From NCBI RefSeq assembly GCF_001194135.2, contig NC_068988.1, positions 44,395,170 to 44,459,169 on the forward strand: a stretch of 64,000 nucleotides of DNA. Reading direction: 5' to 3'. Origin of the DNA: Octopus bimaculoides. Lineage: Eukaryota. The stretch's first letter is position 1. Each line of letters opens with the position of its first letter. A program made the translations under genes and the position numbers. Below the pieces are notes generated by a model. The model ran no database searches and was not told the origin of the DNA. It saw only the letters and a program-made list of their open reading frames with translations. Of this stretch, positions 50,972 to 63,957 are shown one piece after another.

Positions 50972-52330
50972 AATGTATGTATATATGTATGCTCTTACCA
51001 CATAAACACACTCTCAGACTCACACACACAAACATATAAACATACATTTTGACTTACATATACATGTCTGAACACATTTGTATATGTACACTCACACGCA
51101 TATACAAATGCATAGATACACAACACTAGTCTAAGTAGAAGAGAAGAAAGTGCATTTCTAGTGTGTAGCACATTAGTCTTAACCCATTCAAACTTACATC
51201 CCAGACTGGTTCCTATTCCAGTATGTAAACGGATTCAGTTACCTGCCTAAATATTGCATCATAAAGATGTAATGTGATATCTATACCATAGATATGATAT
51301 CTATGCAGAGTTTATTGATTGGACCATTGTTTTCACCTCATGCATGATGGTAAAAAAATAGATTTTAGTTTTTTTTAAAACTAGCTGTTTCAATGCTCAC
51401 CAGTTCTTTCCCTAATACTATGAGTTGTCTCTTCGCTGTCATTTTCAGGGATGTCAGTACATATTTCTTCTTGGCACTTTATAAAGCATGCTGTTAAGTG
51501 GATTTGTTTGTATATATTTTACAACAATTTCCCTAGGAGTCATTGTCAAAAGGATGAAACTCAGAAATGATCTGAAAGAGTCACTGACGATCCTAGTTTA
51601 CTTTGTTAAATATGTGAGATTTTTAATACATCAGTGCTCCAATCAAAATATTTTTATTATTATCATTGAGTTCTTTATAAATCCTATGTGTGAACTATTT
51701 CTTCAACTTAAATTTTATTTCAAATTTAGCTTTATTTTTACATATGTATATATGTGTCTATGTGTGTGTCTATATACTTATATACATATATCTATATATC
51801 TATATATCTATATCTACATACATGCATATGCATAAATCTTATTGTGTGTATATGTATCTGTATATTTGTGCATACATGCACACACGCACACACACATATA
51901 TATGCATACACACATCTATACACATATAGGTATACACTCACACACAAATATTTATGCATACATACAAACATACATACATATGCACGTACATATGTACATA
52001 TATACGTACATGCATACATACATACATACATACATACATACATACATACATACATGCATACATCCATACATATATGTATGTATATATTTATTGAAAATAT
52101 ATATATAATTATTTCCCTAAAAATTCTTCTTCTCTTCTTTTCACATCTGGTACCTTTCTCCTGGCAGTTGCCATGCATGATAGTAAAGAACTGATCTTGT
52201 TTAATAAACACATAGACAGAAGAATTGGAGAACTCTTTTCTAAACAGTATAAATATACTATATCCCTATGTCAATAGTTGTTTGTGAGTGTTGTTATTCT
52301 TGTCTTTATCCATCTTGTTATTTTCATTAG

Positions 52331-52482
52331 TATAAATAGTACTTGTTGTTGTTCTTGTTGTTTCCAATGATGGATGATCTACGTGGCTATTTTGCAATGA
52401 ATAGGATTGAATTGGGCATGATAATCACTGATATTTTACAAAAGCCCCAAAGAGATGGATTAGTTGCTGGATCAGATGACAG
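52331..52482 (+). other. Candidate coding exon (unverified)
   Basis: Strong U-rich tract and ttcattag acceptor (alternative aatag at 52339), CAG|gtaaga donor. Open frame (YLLLFLLFP)MMDDLRGYFAMNRIELGMIITDILQKPQRDGLVAGSDD stops immediately past the donor. Protein not recognised. Confidence 0.35.
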
Positions 52483-53149
52483 GTAAGATTGATCACAACA
52501 AGAACAATGATAATGTTGATATTAGTCAGGATGTTGTTGCTGCTGCTGCTGGTGATGATGATGATATCGAGAAATGGAAACTGGGTGGAAAATAAACTAG
52601 ATATAAATTAAAGAAACTTTCAGTCAATATGAAGCCAAAATAAGTAGAAGAAAATGAAGCGATTCAATAAATACCTGAACAGACAATTAGATTGAGTGAT
52701 AGACAGACAATCAGATGGACTATATAGATGGAAAAACAAATAAAAAATAAAAGTTACAAAAAAAAAAGAAATAGAAAAATAGGAAAATGGAGAAAAGATT
52801 AGAAAAATGGAGAAGAAATATTTTATTGCAATTTCAGAAGGAAGAATATGCTCTAAATTCTTGAAAACAGATTAATTATGGGTATTGGGTAGAAAAGTAA
52901 AAATGGTAGAAAAAGGATTTAGCGCTAGTGTTAAGACAGTTCTGATCAGACATTTGACGCTAGGATGCTTTTTTTATTTAGTATGCAAGATGAATTTATT
53001 TATTGGAATTGTTAGCTGTCTGGATAGATTGATGGCCAGTTAACATTTATGCAAACTGCTTATATACACATAATATGTATATTCGTGTGTATGTGTACAC
53101 AACTCTTATTCTTTATTATTACTATTATTATCTTTTTAAGGGTAAATAC

Positions 53150-53900
53150 ACTCTGCCCTATTGGAGTCTTTTGCAGCTCTACAGTTGAGTAGCTTAGTTA
53201 CAAACTTTTATTTCCTCTACTTTATAGCATTGATGTAGAATGTGATACTTTGCAGATATGCAGTTTTCTGAACTCCAACAATGGAAGTTGCTCACTGTCA
53301 ATTCTTTAATTCTTTTTCCATACCATATATTACATTCCTAGTGCTTCTATACTGTCTTTGAATGTATCTGTTTTCATACCTCACATTCTTGTGATTTCAG
53401 TCTCCAGATCACTACATTAAGCAAGTTTTTTCAACTTTCTTTAACAACATTTTGCTGCCATTTGAACAAACCACGATAATTACTGTATAAGCCTAGATAT
53501 CCTGGTTCACTCTTACTTCTTTGTCAAATATATCCTTTCATATCTCAGAGAATCACACAATTTTCACTTCTTAGCACAGCCTCTGGAATATGCTTAAATA
53601 ATTTTTTTACAGCTGAAAGCCTTCATTTCCATGCATGTCTTCCAGTGGAGGAAGACAACAGCCCTGTGATATCTCCTGATATATTCTGACATGTCCTATG
53701 TGAAGCATCCATCTAGAATGTGACGGATGTTCTCATCAAACCTTCCACATACAGCATCCAGGCTAAACATTATCTTCAGAATATACCTGTGTCTCTAGCT
53801 TGGAGACACTAGTCCTGAGCTGCAATTATTAGGCTTTCAATTTCCCTTACCAGCTGTATTCCTTGAAGTTAGGTATAGGTCTGTTATTTGTCACAGTGTG
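53150..53900 (-). mobile_element. Decayed R4/Dong-clade LINE 3' portion
   Basis: Minus strand REIESLIIAAQD*CL, CxVCGRFDENIRHILDGC, FLHWKTC, DLETEITRM*GMKT..IEALG; (TTA)n-like tract near 53110. Confidence 0.7.
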
Positions 53901-54016
53901 GTTTATTTACTTGTTTTGGGAATGGTCTTCAAAAAGGTTTCATTTTCTTAAGTCATTTTTATTTTCTTGGTTGATATCCATTTTAATTCTTTTGCATTGC
54001 CTGTATGCTTAGCACT

Positions 54017-54418
54017 GTGGAGGCACAATGGCCCAGTGGTTAGGGCAGTGGACTCGCGGTCATAGGATCGCGGTTTCAATTCCCAGACTGGGCGTTGTGA
54101 GTGTTTATTGAGTGAAAGCACCTAAAGCTCCACGAGGCTCCGGCAGGGGATGGTGGCGAACCCTGCTGTACTCCTTCACAACTTTCTCTTACTCTCATTT
54201 CCTGTTTCTGTTGTACCTGTATTTCTGTTGTACCTGTATTTCAAAGGGTCAGCCTTGTCACACTGTGTCACGCTGAATATCCCCGAGAACTACGTTAAGG
54301 GTACACATGTCTGTGGAGTGTTCAGCTACTTGCACATTAATTTCACGAGCAGGCTGTTCTGTTGATCGAATCAACTGGAACCCTCGACGTCATAAGCGAC
54401 AGAGTGCCAACAACAACA
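54017..54418 (+). mobile_element. Full-length family D SINE, (CAA)n tail, 12-bp TSD
   Basis: A-box TGGCCCAGTGG, B-box GGTTTCAATTCC; TSD ATGCTTAGCACT at 54005-54016 and 54419-54430. Confidence 0.9.
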
Positions 54419-54929
54419 ATGCTTAGCACTAAGATTGTTTATGAATTTTGAGGAATCTGTGGGTGGAGTATGTATTTCTGTTGAATATTTTTGTATTTCC
54501 TTATATATTGGGTGCAACCTTTTGATTTTGTTATGCTTTGCAACTTCATGTAATTAGGTTTGCATGTTTTGTGGGTAAATTAGTGTTCAGCACAATTGTC
54601 ACTCTCATACACACTAATGGGTCCAGGGGAGATAAAGCCCATCAGCTCTCTAGCTTCTTATCTAAGAGAAGGTAACTCCATTCAAATACTCCATCCTGAT
54701 AACAACTGGGTTTATGGCACTTGTTGCACCAGACCAATACAAGTTTGCAGAATGAGAGAGTGAGAATGGCTTTGCACAAATAATGCTCACTGCAATGATG
54801 TGCATCATGCAGACTGTTCTGTAAACCAAGACACCAACACCAGCATCTTCACACTTTCTACTTAAGATCAGTAGACAAGACATTGAAGTGAGAACATTAT
54901 GCAGCTTTGTTCTGCTGAACTCACATTTT

Positions 54930-55365
54930 GAGACCTTTGGAAATGTGCTGTGCGTGAGAAGACCCGGCAAGCCAAGTAAGATCGTTGCCAGTGCCCCTGG
55001 ACTGGCTCTTGTGCGGGTGGCACGTGAGATGCACCATTTTGAGCGTGGCCGTTGCCAGTACCGCCTGACCGGCTCCCGTAGGATTTTCGAGTGAGATCGT
55101 TGCCAGTGCCCCTGGACTGGCTTGTGCAGGTGGCACATAAAAGACACCATTTCAAGCGTGGCCATTTTCGTGCGGGTGACACGTAAAAGCACCCACTACA
55201 CTCTCTGAGTGGTTGGCGTTAGGAAGGGCATCCAGCTGTAGAAACTCTGCCAAATTAGATTGGAGCCTGGTGTTGCCATCCGGTTTCACCAGTCCTCAGT
55301 CAAATCGTCCAACCCATGCTAGCATGGAAAGCGGACGTTAAACGATGATGATGATGATGATGATG
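54930..55365 (+). mobile_element. 5'-truncated young RTE LINE (ORF end plus 3' UTR, family A)
   Basis: DLWKCAVREKTRQAK* followed by a UTR with an internal direct repeat and a (GAT)n tail; CpGs retained. Confidence 0.85.
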
Positions 55366-55702
55366 AGAGAGTCCGCACCATTTTTATACATAATCTCAAT
55401 TCGTTGAATGTCTTTTTCTCCATTCTGCTAAAGGAATTATATGCAGTGTGTGCCATCTTTTGAGTAATGTAGTCTAAGTTTTGTCAATAAGTTCGTTTTC
55501 CTGTCTATTTTGTTTATCCCTTACATATTCCAATTCACTGATGGTGTCTGCTAAGAGGATAATTGCTTCCACCTTATTTTTAAATTTATGTTCATTCTAT
55601 AGAAGCGTCCTCGTCCTTTGACTATGTTCAGATAAAATTCTTACAGTCTAGCTTGCAGAATCTGTTCACCTTCATTGACCCACAAACATCTATATCTTAT
55701 TA

Positions 55703-55720
55703 TTAGGGTTAGGGTTAGGG
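55703..55720 (+). repeat. (TTAGGG)3 interstitial telomeric-type repeat
   Basis: TTAGGGTTAGGGTTAGGG is directly visible. Confidence 0.8.
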
Positions 55721-55964
55721 TTTATCTCAAGTTTATCTCATTTGTTCCCTATGCACATTTTCCCATTGTTGCTGTTCAGAACTCTGCTTTGGATATTGCA
55801 ATTGTAGTTGAATGCTTAACCACAACAGATTATCAGGGAACACTTTATTGGTTTATGTTACCAAGAAGTAATGTGTGGACGATGATAATCTATGTGGAAC
55901 TCCAAATTTAACAGTAGCAATCATACAGCAATTTGCACACACAGGATACACTATGTTGTTATTA

Positions 55965-56790
55965 TCAACTATTTTAAGATGGCAAGCTGGCAGAACCAAT
56001 AGTACACCAAGCGACGTGCTTAGCCGCATTTTGTCTGTTCTTATGTTCTGAGTTCAAATTCCACCGAGATCAACTTTGCTTTCATCCTCTTGGGGTTGAT
56101 GAAAAAAGTACCAGTTGAGTACTGGAGTCGATGTAATCGACTCTCCCCTTCCTCCAATTTCAGGCCTTGTGTAAAATGGATTATTATTATTATTATTATT
56201 ATTATTACTACTAGTACTGCCATTAAGGCAACAGGTTGTGAGAATTGTTAGCACACCAGGTCAAAGACTTAGTGGAATTTCTTCTGTCCTTATGTTCTGA
56301 GTTCAAATTCCACCGAGGTTGACTTTGCCTTTCATCCTCTCAGGGTTGATGAAAAAAGTACCAGTCAAGTACTGGGGTCAATGTAATCGACCATCCCCTT
56401 CTCTCAATTTCAGGCCTTATGCCTATAGTAGAATGGATTCTTATCAACTTTTTAAATGTCTGCCTGATTTAAGCATCTATGTCTATCACCTATGCATCTA
56501 GCATCTATGTCTATCAACTATTTTAAGGTGGCTGCCTGGCAGAATCATTAGCATGCCAGCTAACCTGTCCTTACATCCTGAGTTCAAATTTCACTGAGGT
56601 CGACTTGACTTTTCATCCTTTTGGGGTTGATGGAAAAAGTACCAGTTCAGTATTGGGGTTAATGTAATCGACTATCTCCCTTCTCCAATTTCAGGCCTTG
56701 TGCCTATAGTAGAATGGTAGAATGGATTATTATCAACTTTCTAAATGTCTGGCTGATTTTAGCATCTATGTCTATCACCCAGATTAGCCA
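55965..56790 (+). mobile_element. Head-to-tail trimer of family B SINEs
   Basis: Three Meta-like cores about 260-290 bp apart; the non-SINE flank GGATT(C/A)TTATCAACTTT(T/C)TAAATGTCTG(C/G)CTGATTT is repeated after copies 2 and 3. Confidence 0.8.
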
Positions 56791-56848
56791 CTCTATTTTG
56801 AAAGTGGTGTAGTCACATTTGTCAACTCTACATTTATATTGATGTCAC

Positions 56849-57169
56849 TTTTTTTTTTTTTGTGCCCTTTTAAAACCTAGCCAGGCACATGGGCCCGGTT
56901 TCCCGGTTTCTATGGCGTATGTGTTCCCCCTCCAGCTGGACGGGACACACCAGTCCATCGCAGCTTTTACTCAAGAAACAGGAAGAAAGTGTGAGAGAAA
57001 GTTGGGGCGAAAGAGTACAACAGAGGTCGCCACCACACCCTGCCGGAGCCTCATGGAGCTTTAGGTGTTTTCGCTCAATAAACACACACAACGTCCGGTC
57101 TGGGAATCGAAACCGCTATCCTCCGACCGCGAGTCTGCTGCCCTAACTACTGGGCCATTGCGCCTCCAC
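56849..57169 (-). mobile_element. Family D-headed SINE with V-like 3' body and poly(A) tail, 13-bp TSD
   Basis: TSD ATATTGATGTCAC at 56836-56848 and 57170-57182. First ~200 nt match family D, then CTGCGATGGACTGG..CCCGTCCAG and poly(A). Confidence 0.85.
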
Positions 57170-57669
57170 ATATTGATGTCACAGCTGTCAAAAATTACTG
57201 TCTGGAAAAATAAAATATTAAGGCTATGTCATAGAGTTAGCATATAACATGATGTCATCCATATAGACAAAGTGGCTGAAAACAGTCCATTAGATGTAGC
57301 TATTTCCTGTACAATTTAGGATTGCACTTAATGAGGTGATAGCCAGACAAAACAAACATAATGACAGTAAATTTCCATGGAATATTCATGCTTTTATAGG
57401 AATTGTGCTGTATTGTATAACACCTCACTCAAGATTTTGTTTTCCACTTTAGTATACTATTTTTCCTGATTTCTATACTCCCTGGTGATAATTTATACAT
57501 CCCTATTGATGAATGGATCCATGTGGTTTGCCATAATAAAATGCTTTATAGTTTATCCATGCAGTTGTAAGTTCCTCTGTTTCATCCTACAGCTTCCTAT
57601 AATTGACTTGTTAGCACAGTCATAGGATTACCTTCTAAAATCCTTTTGTTTCTCTTTTTCATGAATAAG

Positions 57670-58050
57670 ATGGTTCCATGTTCAGTCCCACTGTGTGGCA
57701 CATTGGGCAAGTGTCTTCTACTATACTCTTGGGCCTACCAAAGCCTTGTGAGTGGATTTGGTAGGCGGAAACTGAAAGAAGCCTGTCGTATATATGTATA
57801 TATGCATGTATGTGTGTGTATATGTTTTTTGTGTCTGTGTTTGTCCCCCCAACATCACCTGACAACCAATGGTGGTGTGTTTAGTACCTGTAACTTAGCA
57901 GTTCAGGAAAAGGGACTGATAGAATAAGTACTAGGGTTACAAAGAATAAGTGCTGGGGTCGATTTGCTCGACTAAAGGCGGTGCTCCAGCATGGCTGCAG
58001 TCAAATGACTGCAACAAGTAAAAGAGTAAAGAGTAAAGAGTAAAGAGTTA
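57670..58050 (+). mobile_element. CORE-SINE (family C), near full length
   Basis: Collinear with 50417-50880. Confidence 0.85.
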
Positions 58051-59230
58051 AGATTACTTCTGTAGAGATCTTTATATATCTTCTTACTTATTCTTGATGT
58101 CATGTAGTTAAAAAGCATGTAGTTAAAAAGCATGTAGTTAAAAAGCATGTAGTTAAAAAGCATGTATCTGGCCTGTATCTATAGTTTTAGGATCATCTAA
58201 TGTTATGGATTTTGGTAGGAAGAGTGTTTTTCCTTTTGTTAGCCACTTTAATATTTGGTATAGGCGCCAATCATTTTATTAAAGCATTTGTCTATAAGTA
58301 AGTAAAAGACACAGAGGCGTTTCATCCAGATATTTTGTCAAGTCCAGGCGATTTCCAATTGCCTTTTCCTCTCATGGCTTCTGTGATATTCCCCAGAGTA
58401 ATGTCTTCTCATTCTTGTGGAGCCACATGATTTCATTCTTCTTTTCTTCTACTAGTTAGTTCATTTATTTTATGGGACATTTCTGCATCCCTTATTTTCT
58501 TCCAAAATGTTTTTACTTTATATTTATTTAGTGGATTCTTCACTTGTTTTGTAATTTCTTTTCTGTAAAGCTTCCTATATCTTCTGAGAACATTTATTTT
58601 GAACATTTTATGTTTGAATTGCTCAAATTCTCTACACTTTATTCTTTTCACTTTAACTGTCTCCCATTCAATTGATATCTCTTTTGTGATTTTAAAATCC
58701 CATTCATCTAATTTTTAAGCTTTTGATGTAACTTTAATTTTTTATGGGCTGACAACATTTTATGTCCCTGTTTTAGTGCCTCGTGTATTCTAACTATATT
58801 TTTCTCCTGTAATTTATCTCCCGCTGACAATTTTGTTTGGTAACAGGATCCATTTTAGATTTTCTAGCTTTCTAATTTATTTCAGTACCTGCTGCTCTGG
58901 ATACTGCATATTTTATTCGGTTTAAGGCCATTATATCTATTTCATTTATTTACTTTGTAATTATTTCTCACGTATGATTAGTCTGTTTGATTAGGTTTCT
59001 GTTTTTGTGTTGTATGACATTTTACTCATTTATAGTTTGAAGTCAGTTTGTATAAATTGTATCACTTCAAACTTTTGCTTGATTTCATCTGCCATATGTT
59101 CTAAATCACTATGTTGGTGCTAATAGTTCTTTCATAGTATTTATAACTTGGCAGTATTAGGTTTGGAATTGTCTGTTGCACATTTACTAGTATTTAATAC
59201 CTGTGTTGGTGTTCATGACTCTTTCTTTTT
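58051..59230 (-). mobile_element. Decayed R4/Dong-clade LINE (N-terminal region and start of RT)
   Basis: Minus strand KRIKCREFEQFKHKMFKIN..RYRKL..VKTFWKKI, NWKSPGLDKI, WLTKGKT..PKS..DDPKNYR; contains (CATGTAGTTAAAAAG)4 at 58101-58160. Confidence 0.7.
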
Positions 59231-59250
59231 TCTTATTATTTGGTAGTGTT

Positions 59251-59467
59251 AAGGTGGTGAGCTGGCAAAATTGTTAGCATGCTGGGCAAAATGCTTAGTG
59301 GTATTTCGTCTGACAGTATGCTCTGAGTTCAAATTCAGCCAAGATTGACTTTACTTTTCATCCTTTCAGGGTTGATAGAATAAGTACCAGTTGAACACTG
59401 GGGTCGATGTAATTGACTATGCCCCTCCCAAATTTCAGGCCTTGTGCCTATAGTAGAAAGGATTATT
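59251..59467 (+). mobile_element. Family B (Meta-like) SINE, full length
   Basis: GGTGGTGAGCTGGCAAAATTGTTAGC head, B-box GAGTTCAAATTC, core and tail. Confidence 0.8.
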
Positions 59468-59655
59468 TGGCAGTAGTAAATAGATAAGTGGAATTGTTAA
59501 AGCAGAAAAAAAAAAAGCCTTGTGGTTTTTGTTCTGGCCCTTTACATTCTTAGTTCAAATTCTGATAAGGTCAGCTTTGGTTTTCATCCCTTCAAGCTGG
59601 GTAAAATAAAGTACCAGTCAAAAAATGAGGTCCACTACAAAATTTAGTCTTTGTT

Positions 59656-60046
59656 TTGGTGGCTTGTGTGCTTCAATGACCCTGTGAGTTATGTTAGTGA
59701 AGCAGAAATTCCAGGTAGGTCTTCCCATGCTGGACTAGTCAAAGGATAGAAGCCAGACTAATATGGCTTACCTCTTCCAAGAGGTAAAAATAGGTTTGCA
59801 TTGAGCCAACACCCCTACCTAGAAAAAAAGTAGGGTGACAGAAGCAGTAATGACAGTTCAAAACTACCAAGACTTGAGAGAGGAAGGCCTTCCCTCAAGG
59901 AAACATCACAGAATATCCAGATGATGTATTGAACCAGGAAGGAAAAAGCAAGGATTCAAGCAGAAGAGATGGCCCAGAATTGAGAAGAATAGTGGAGAAA
60001 ATTGTCAAGAACTTAAGCTCCTTAGGGAGTGATAGGCTTAAGTGAG
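59656..60046 (+). mobile_element. Possible bipartite non-autonomous RTE derivative (5' leader joined to ORF 3' end)
   Basis: GGTAGGTCTTCCCATGCTGGACTAGTCAAAGG..AGCCAGAC resembles RTE 5' leaders; the 3' part gives frameshifted AEEMAQN*EEWRK..LSSLGSDRLK*, like RTE C-termini. Confidence 0.4.
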
Positions 60047-60392
60047 CAAATACTAGAGTCAGTGACTAAAGCACTACCATCAAAATTGTTGGCCTTATGT
60101 CTGAGTTAGAAAGAATTATTATTTGGCAATGCTAGACCTGGAGTTGTCTGTTCCTTGGTTTATTGCTACTTCATCTCTGTTCTGCTGCCTTTGTATTCTC
60201 TTCTTATATGATTTGTGTTTCTGTTGCATTCTGTAGATGTGTAGTTTCTACTATATTAATTTATCTTCGTATTTCACTATATTTTCTCATTCAATTCATG
60301 CTATTCATTCTTTTTTCTTTTCTTATTTTTTTTCCTTTTTTTTATACATTGTCTCTTCATACATTTGATAGCTTTCCACTATTCATTTGTAG

Positions 60393-60425
60393 CTGAATCT
60401 CAGGAATGCTCTTTTATCAGATTTG
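60393..60425 (+). other. Candidate 33-nt in-frame microexon (unverified)
   Basis: cattcatttgtag-type U-rich acceptor and TTG|gtaagt donor; open as LNLRNALLSDL (phase 0) or ESQECSFIRF (phase 1). Confidence 0.25.
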
Positions 60426-60699
60426 GTAAGTTGATTCCATAGTATTACCTAAGGGATTTAGTTTGGCAGTAAATAAGGTTTTTATAATCTCTATACATTT
60501 GGCTCTAACCCATTTCTGCCTTACTTGTTTGCTTCTCTGTTGTTGCTATTTTATTTTGACTTCGCAGTGCACAGTGAGATTTTCTCTCATTATGTGGTTC
60601 CAGTTAGTTATGTTACATTGCAGAACTTTTTCTGTTCATTTTTTTTTATTTCAAAAACATTTTGGAATTGCATTGACCTAATTCTTGATACGATAATCA

Positions 60700-61160
60700 A
60701 TGTAAAATATTTATAAACTTTTGTTAACATCACTTGTATACAGGAAATCCAATATGTACATTAGTTCTTTTGTTATAATATTAAGTATCATAACCTTGGT
60801 CATGTCTCTGTGAATGTTCACACTAGCTGGTGAGGTTATTTCACTAAAAGTGGTTGTTTTCTTTTGCATCTGGTACAGAATATGAGACAGCAATACAAAG
60901 CCAAGGTTCTCTTGCTAGTCGTACATGATCCACTATGCTTTGATCCTTCTGCCTTGCTGTGGTGGTTTTCATTACCTAATCAATCACTAACAAGAACAAC
61001 AAGATTAGGACACAGCCTTGGCAGAGTCCAGTCTTCATTGTGAAATTCCTTGTCAATCTTTGATCATGGAGAAACCTGCAGGTCATTCTTCATATGATTT
61101 TCAATACAATTTTTAGTCTTCTGCAGCATGCTGCTGTCTTTCAGTATAGGTCTCATAGTC
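60700..61160 (-). mobile_element. Decayed RTE RT fragment
   Basis: Minus strand FTMKTGLCQGCVLILLFLLVID*VMKTT...LLSHILYQMQKKT...MTKVM (cf. VKTGVRQGCxLSPxLFLLVIDW). Confidence 0.7.
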
Positions 61161-61425
61161 TCATAGTAAATATTATCAAAAGATTTTTTGTAGTCTGTGA
61201 AACTTAAATACAAGGGTGATTATCAACTTATATTTTAACTTAGTGGTACTTCTATTATTCTTTTAACCTCTCATCAACTAGCACAAAGCCAATTCCCTCA
61301 ATACACCCCCTGCTTCAACACAGATACACCTCCAGTCGAGGGGGCTTTGTCTTGTCTTGCAATTGACTTGGTGGTTCCACCAATGCTGATGCCATGAAAA
61401 AAAGCCTCCAGTATACTCTGTAATA

Positions 61426-61581
61426 GACTATGAGACCAATGGTGAAAGACAGCAGCATACTGCAGAAGACTGTAAACATTGTATTGAAAATCATATGAAG
61501 CATGACCTTCAGATTTTCCCATGATGGTAGATTGGCAAGGAATTTCGCAATGAAGACTGGACTCTGCTAAAGCTGGGTCCT
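61426..61581 (+). repeat. Inverted duplicate of 61007-61160
   Basis: About 155-bp arms with roughly 80-85% complementarity by eye. Confidence 0.85.
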
Positions 61582-61981
61582 TTATTATGTGGTTTCATTT
61601 TACTGGGTTATCCCTGTTTATTTTTTTGATTGTAAAGATTCTGGAATTTTCATATCACTAATCCCACTTACAAATGATGATAAGTGTCATTACACTTTGG
61701 TCATGCAAGGGCACCACCTTCAAAGATTAGTTAAAAAAAAATCAACCCTGGTACTTACATTTTAAAACTCTGTATTTATTCTATTTGTCTTTTATTGAAC
61801 CACTAAGTTATGGGAATGTAAACAACCCAACACCAGTTGTCACGTAGCAGAAGGAATAAACACAAACCCACATGCATCCATCCATCAATCTATCCGTCCA
61901 TCCATCCATCCAGCCATGTGTCCAACCGTCCATCCATCCATCCATCCATCCATCCATCCATCCATCCATCCATACACACAC

Positions 61982-63258
<1,277 letters not shown>

Positions 63259-63549
63259 CACTTATAACCTATGCTTTTTAATTAATAATCTCTAATTTTC
63301 TAGAAATGTTAAAGGCTTTCCCAGTCACTACCTGCATTTTTTCTCAATAGTTTGAGCCAGACCAGGTGAATGACATAAATGAATGTGAAGTAAACAAACA
63401 GGCAACAAACTTAACATTAGAATCTAACTCAAAGCTGATCATTTGATTTTGAGGACAATGACACAGGCAATCTCCTGACAAATAAGTTCAGATAATAAAA
63501 TTTTTGAGAATTACTCACTATTTTTCTTCTCTGAAGTAAATGATGTATT

Positions 63550-63550
<1 letters not shown>

Positions 63551-63587
<37 letters not shown>
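63551..63587 (+). repeat. Poly(A) run (~37 nt)
   Basis: Directly visible; no clear retrocopy body upstream. Confidence 0.9.
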
Positions 63588-63591
<4 letters not shown>

Positions 63592-63916
63592 AGGTCATAA
63601 GCGATGTTTTGGAAAACTAGACTTTGTTATTGGTGTGTTCTTTGTGGCAGCTGCTTCTGTTTATTGTCACAATAATGCTTCCACGTTCCTTTTAGTTTAT
63701 GTTGTTTTGCTCATATTTATTGCTTTCACAGTTAAATTCTTGGTTTTTGTTATTGGATTACTCCTGGGTCTTGAACCTACAACATGCATTCACTTACATC
63801 ATTGATTATTATCAAAGAAATTATTAGAAATTACCATAATTAAAATGTAAGGCACTTCTTGTTGTTGTTGTTGTTGTTGTTGTTGTTCTTCTTCTTCTTC
63901 TTCTTCTTCTTTTTCT

Positions 63917-63957
<41 letters not shown>

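Noticed and set aside
54662-55192. 176-aa minus-strand ORF and related short ORFs at 93-412
   Set aside because: They are antisense or alternative-frame readings of the RTE 3' UTR repeat plus flank.
59720-59830. HDV-like ribozyme in the RTE-like leader (also considered at 27050-27420)
   Set aside because: I could not build the nested double pseudoknot by eye; the sequence appears too decayed.
63351-63446. DINECE motif suggesting a calcium-binding EGF domain
   Set aside because: No further cysteines follow and the frame stops after about 31 codons.
63551-63587. Processed pseudogene ending in this poly(A)
   Set aside because: No upstream ORF remnant or flanking TSD was found.
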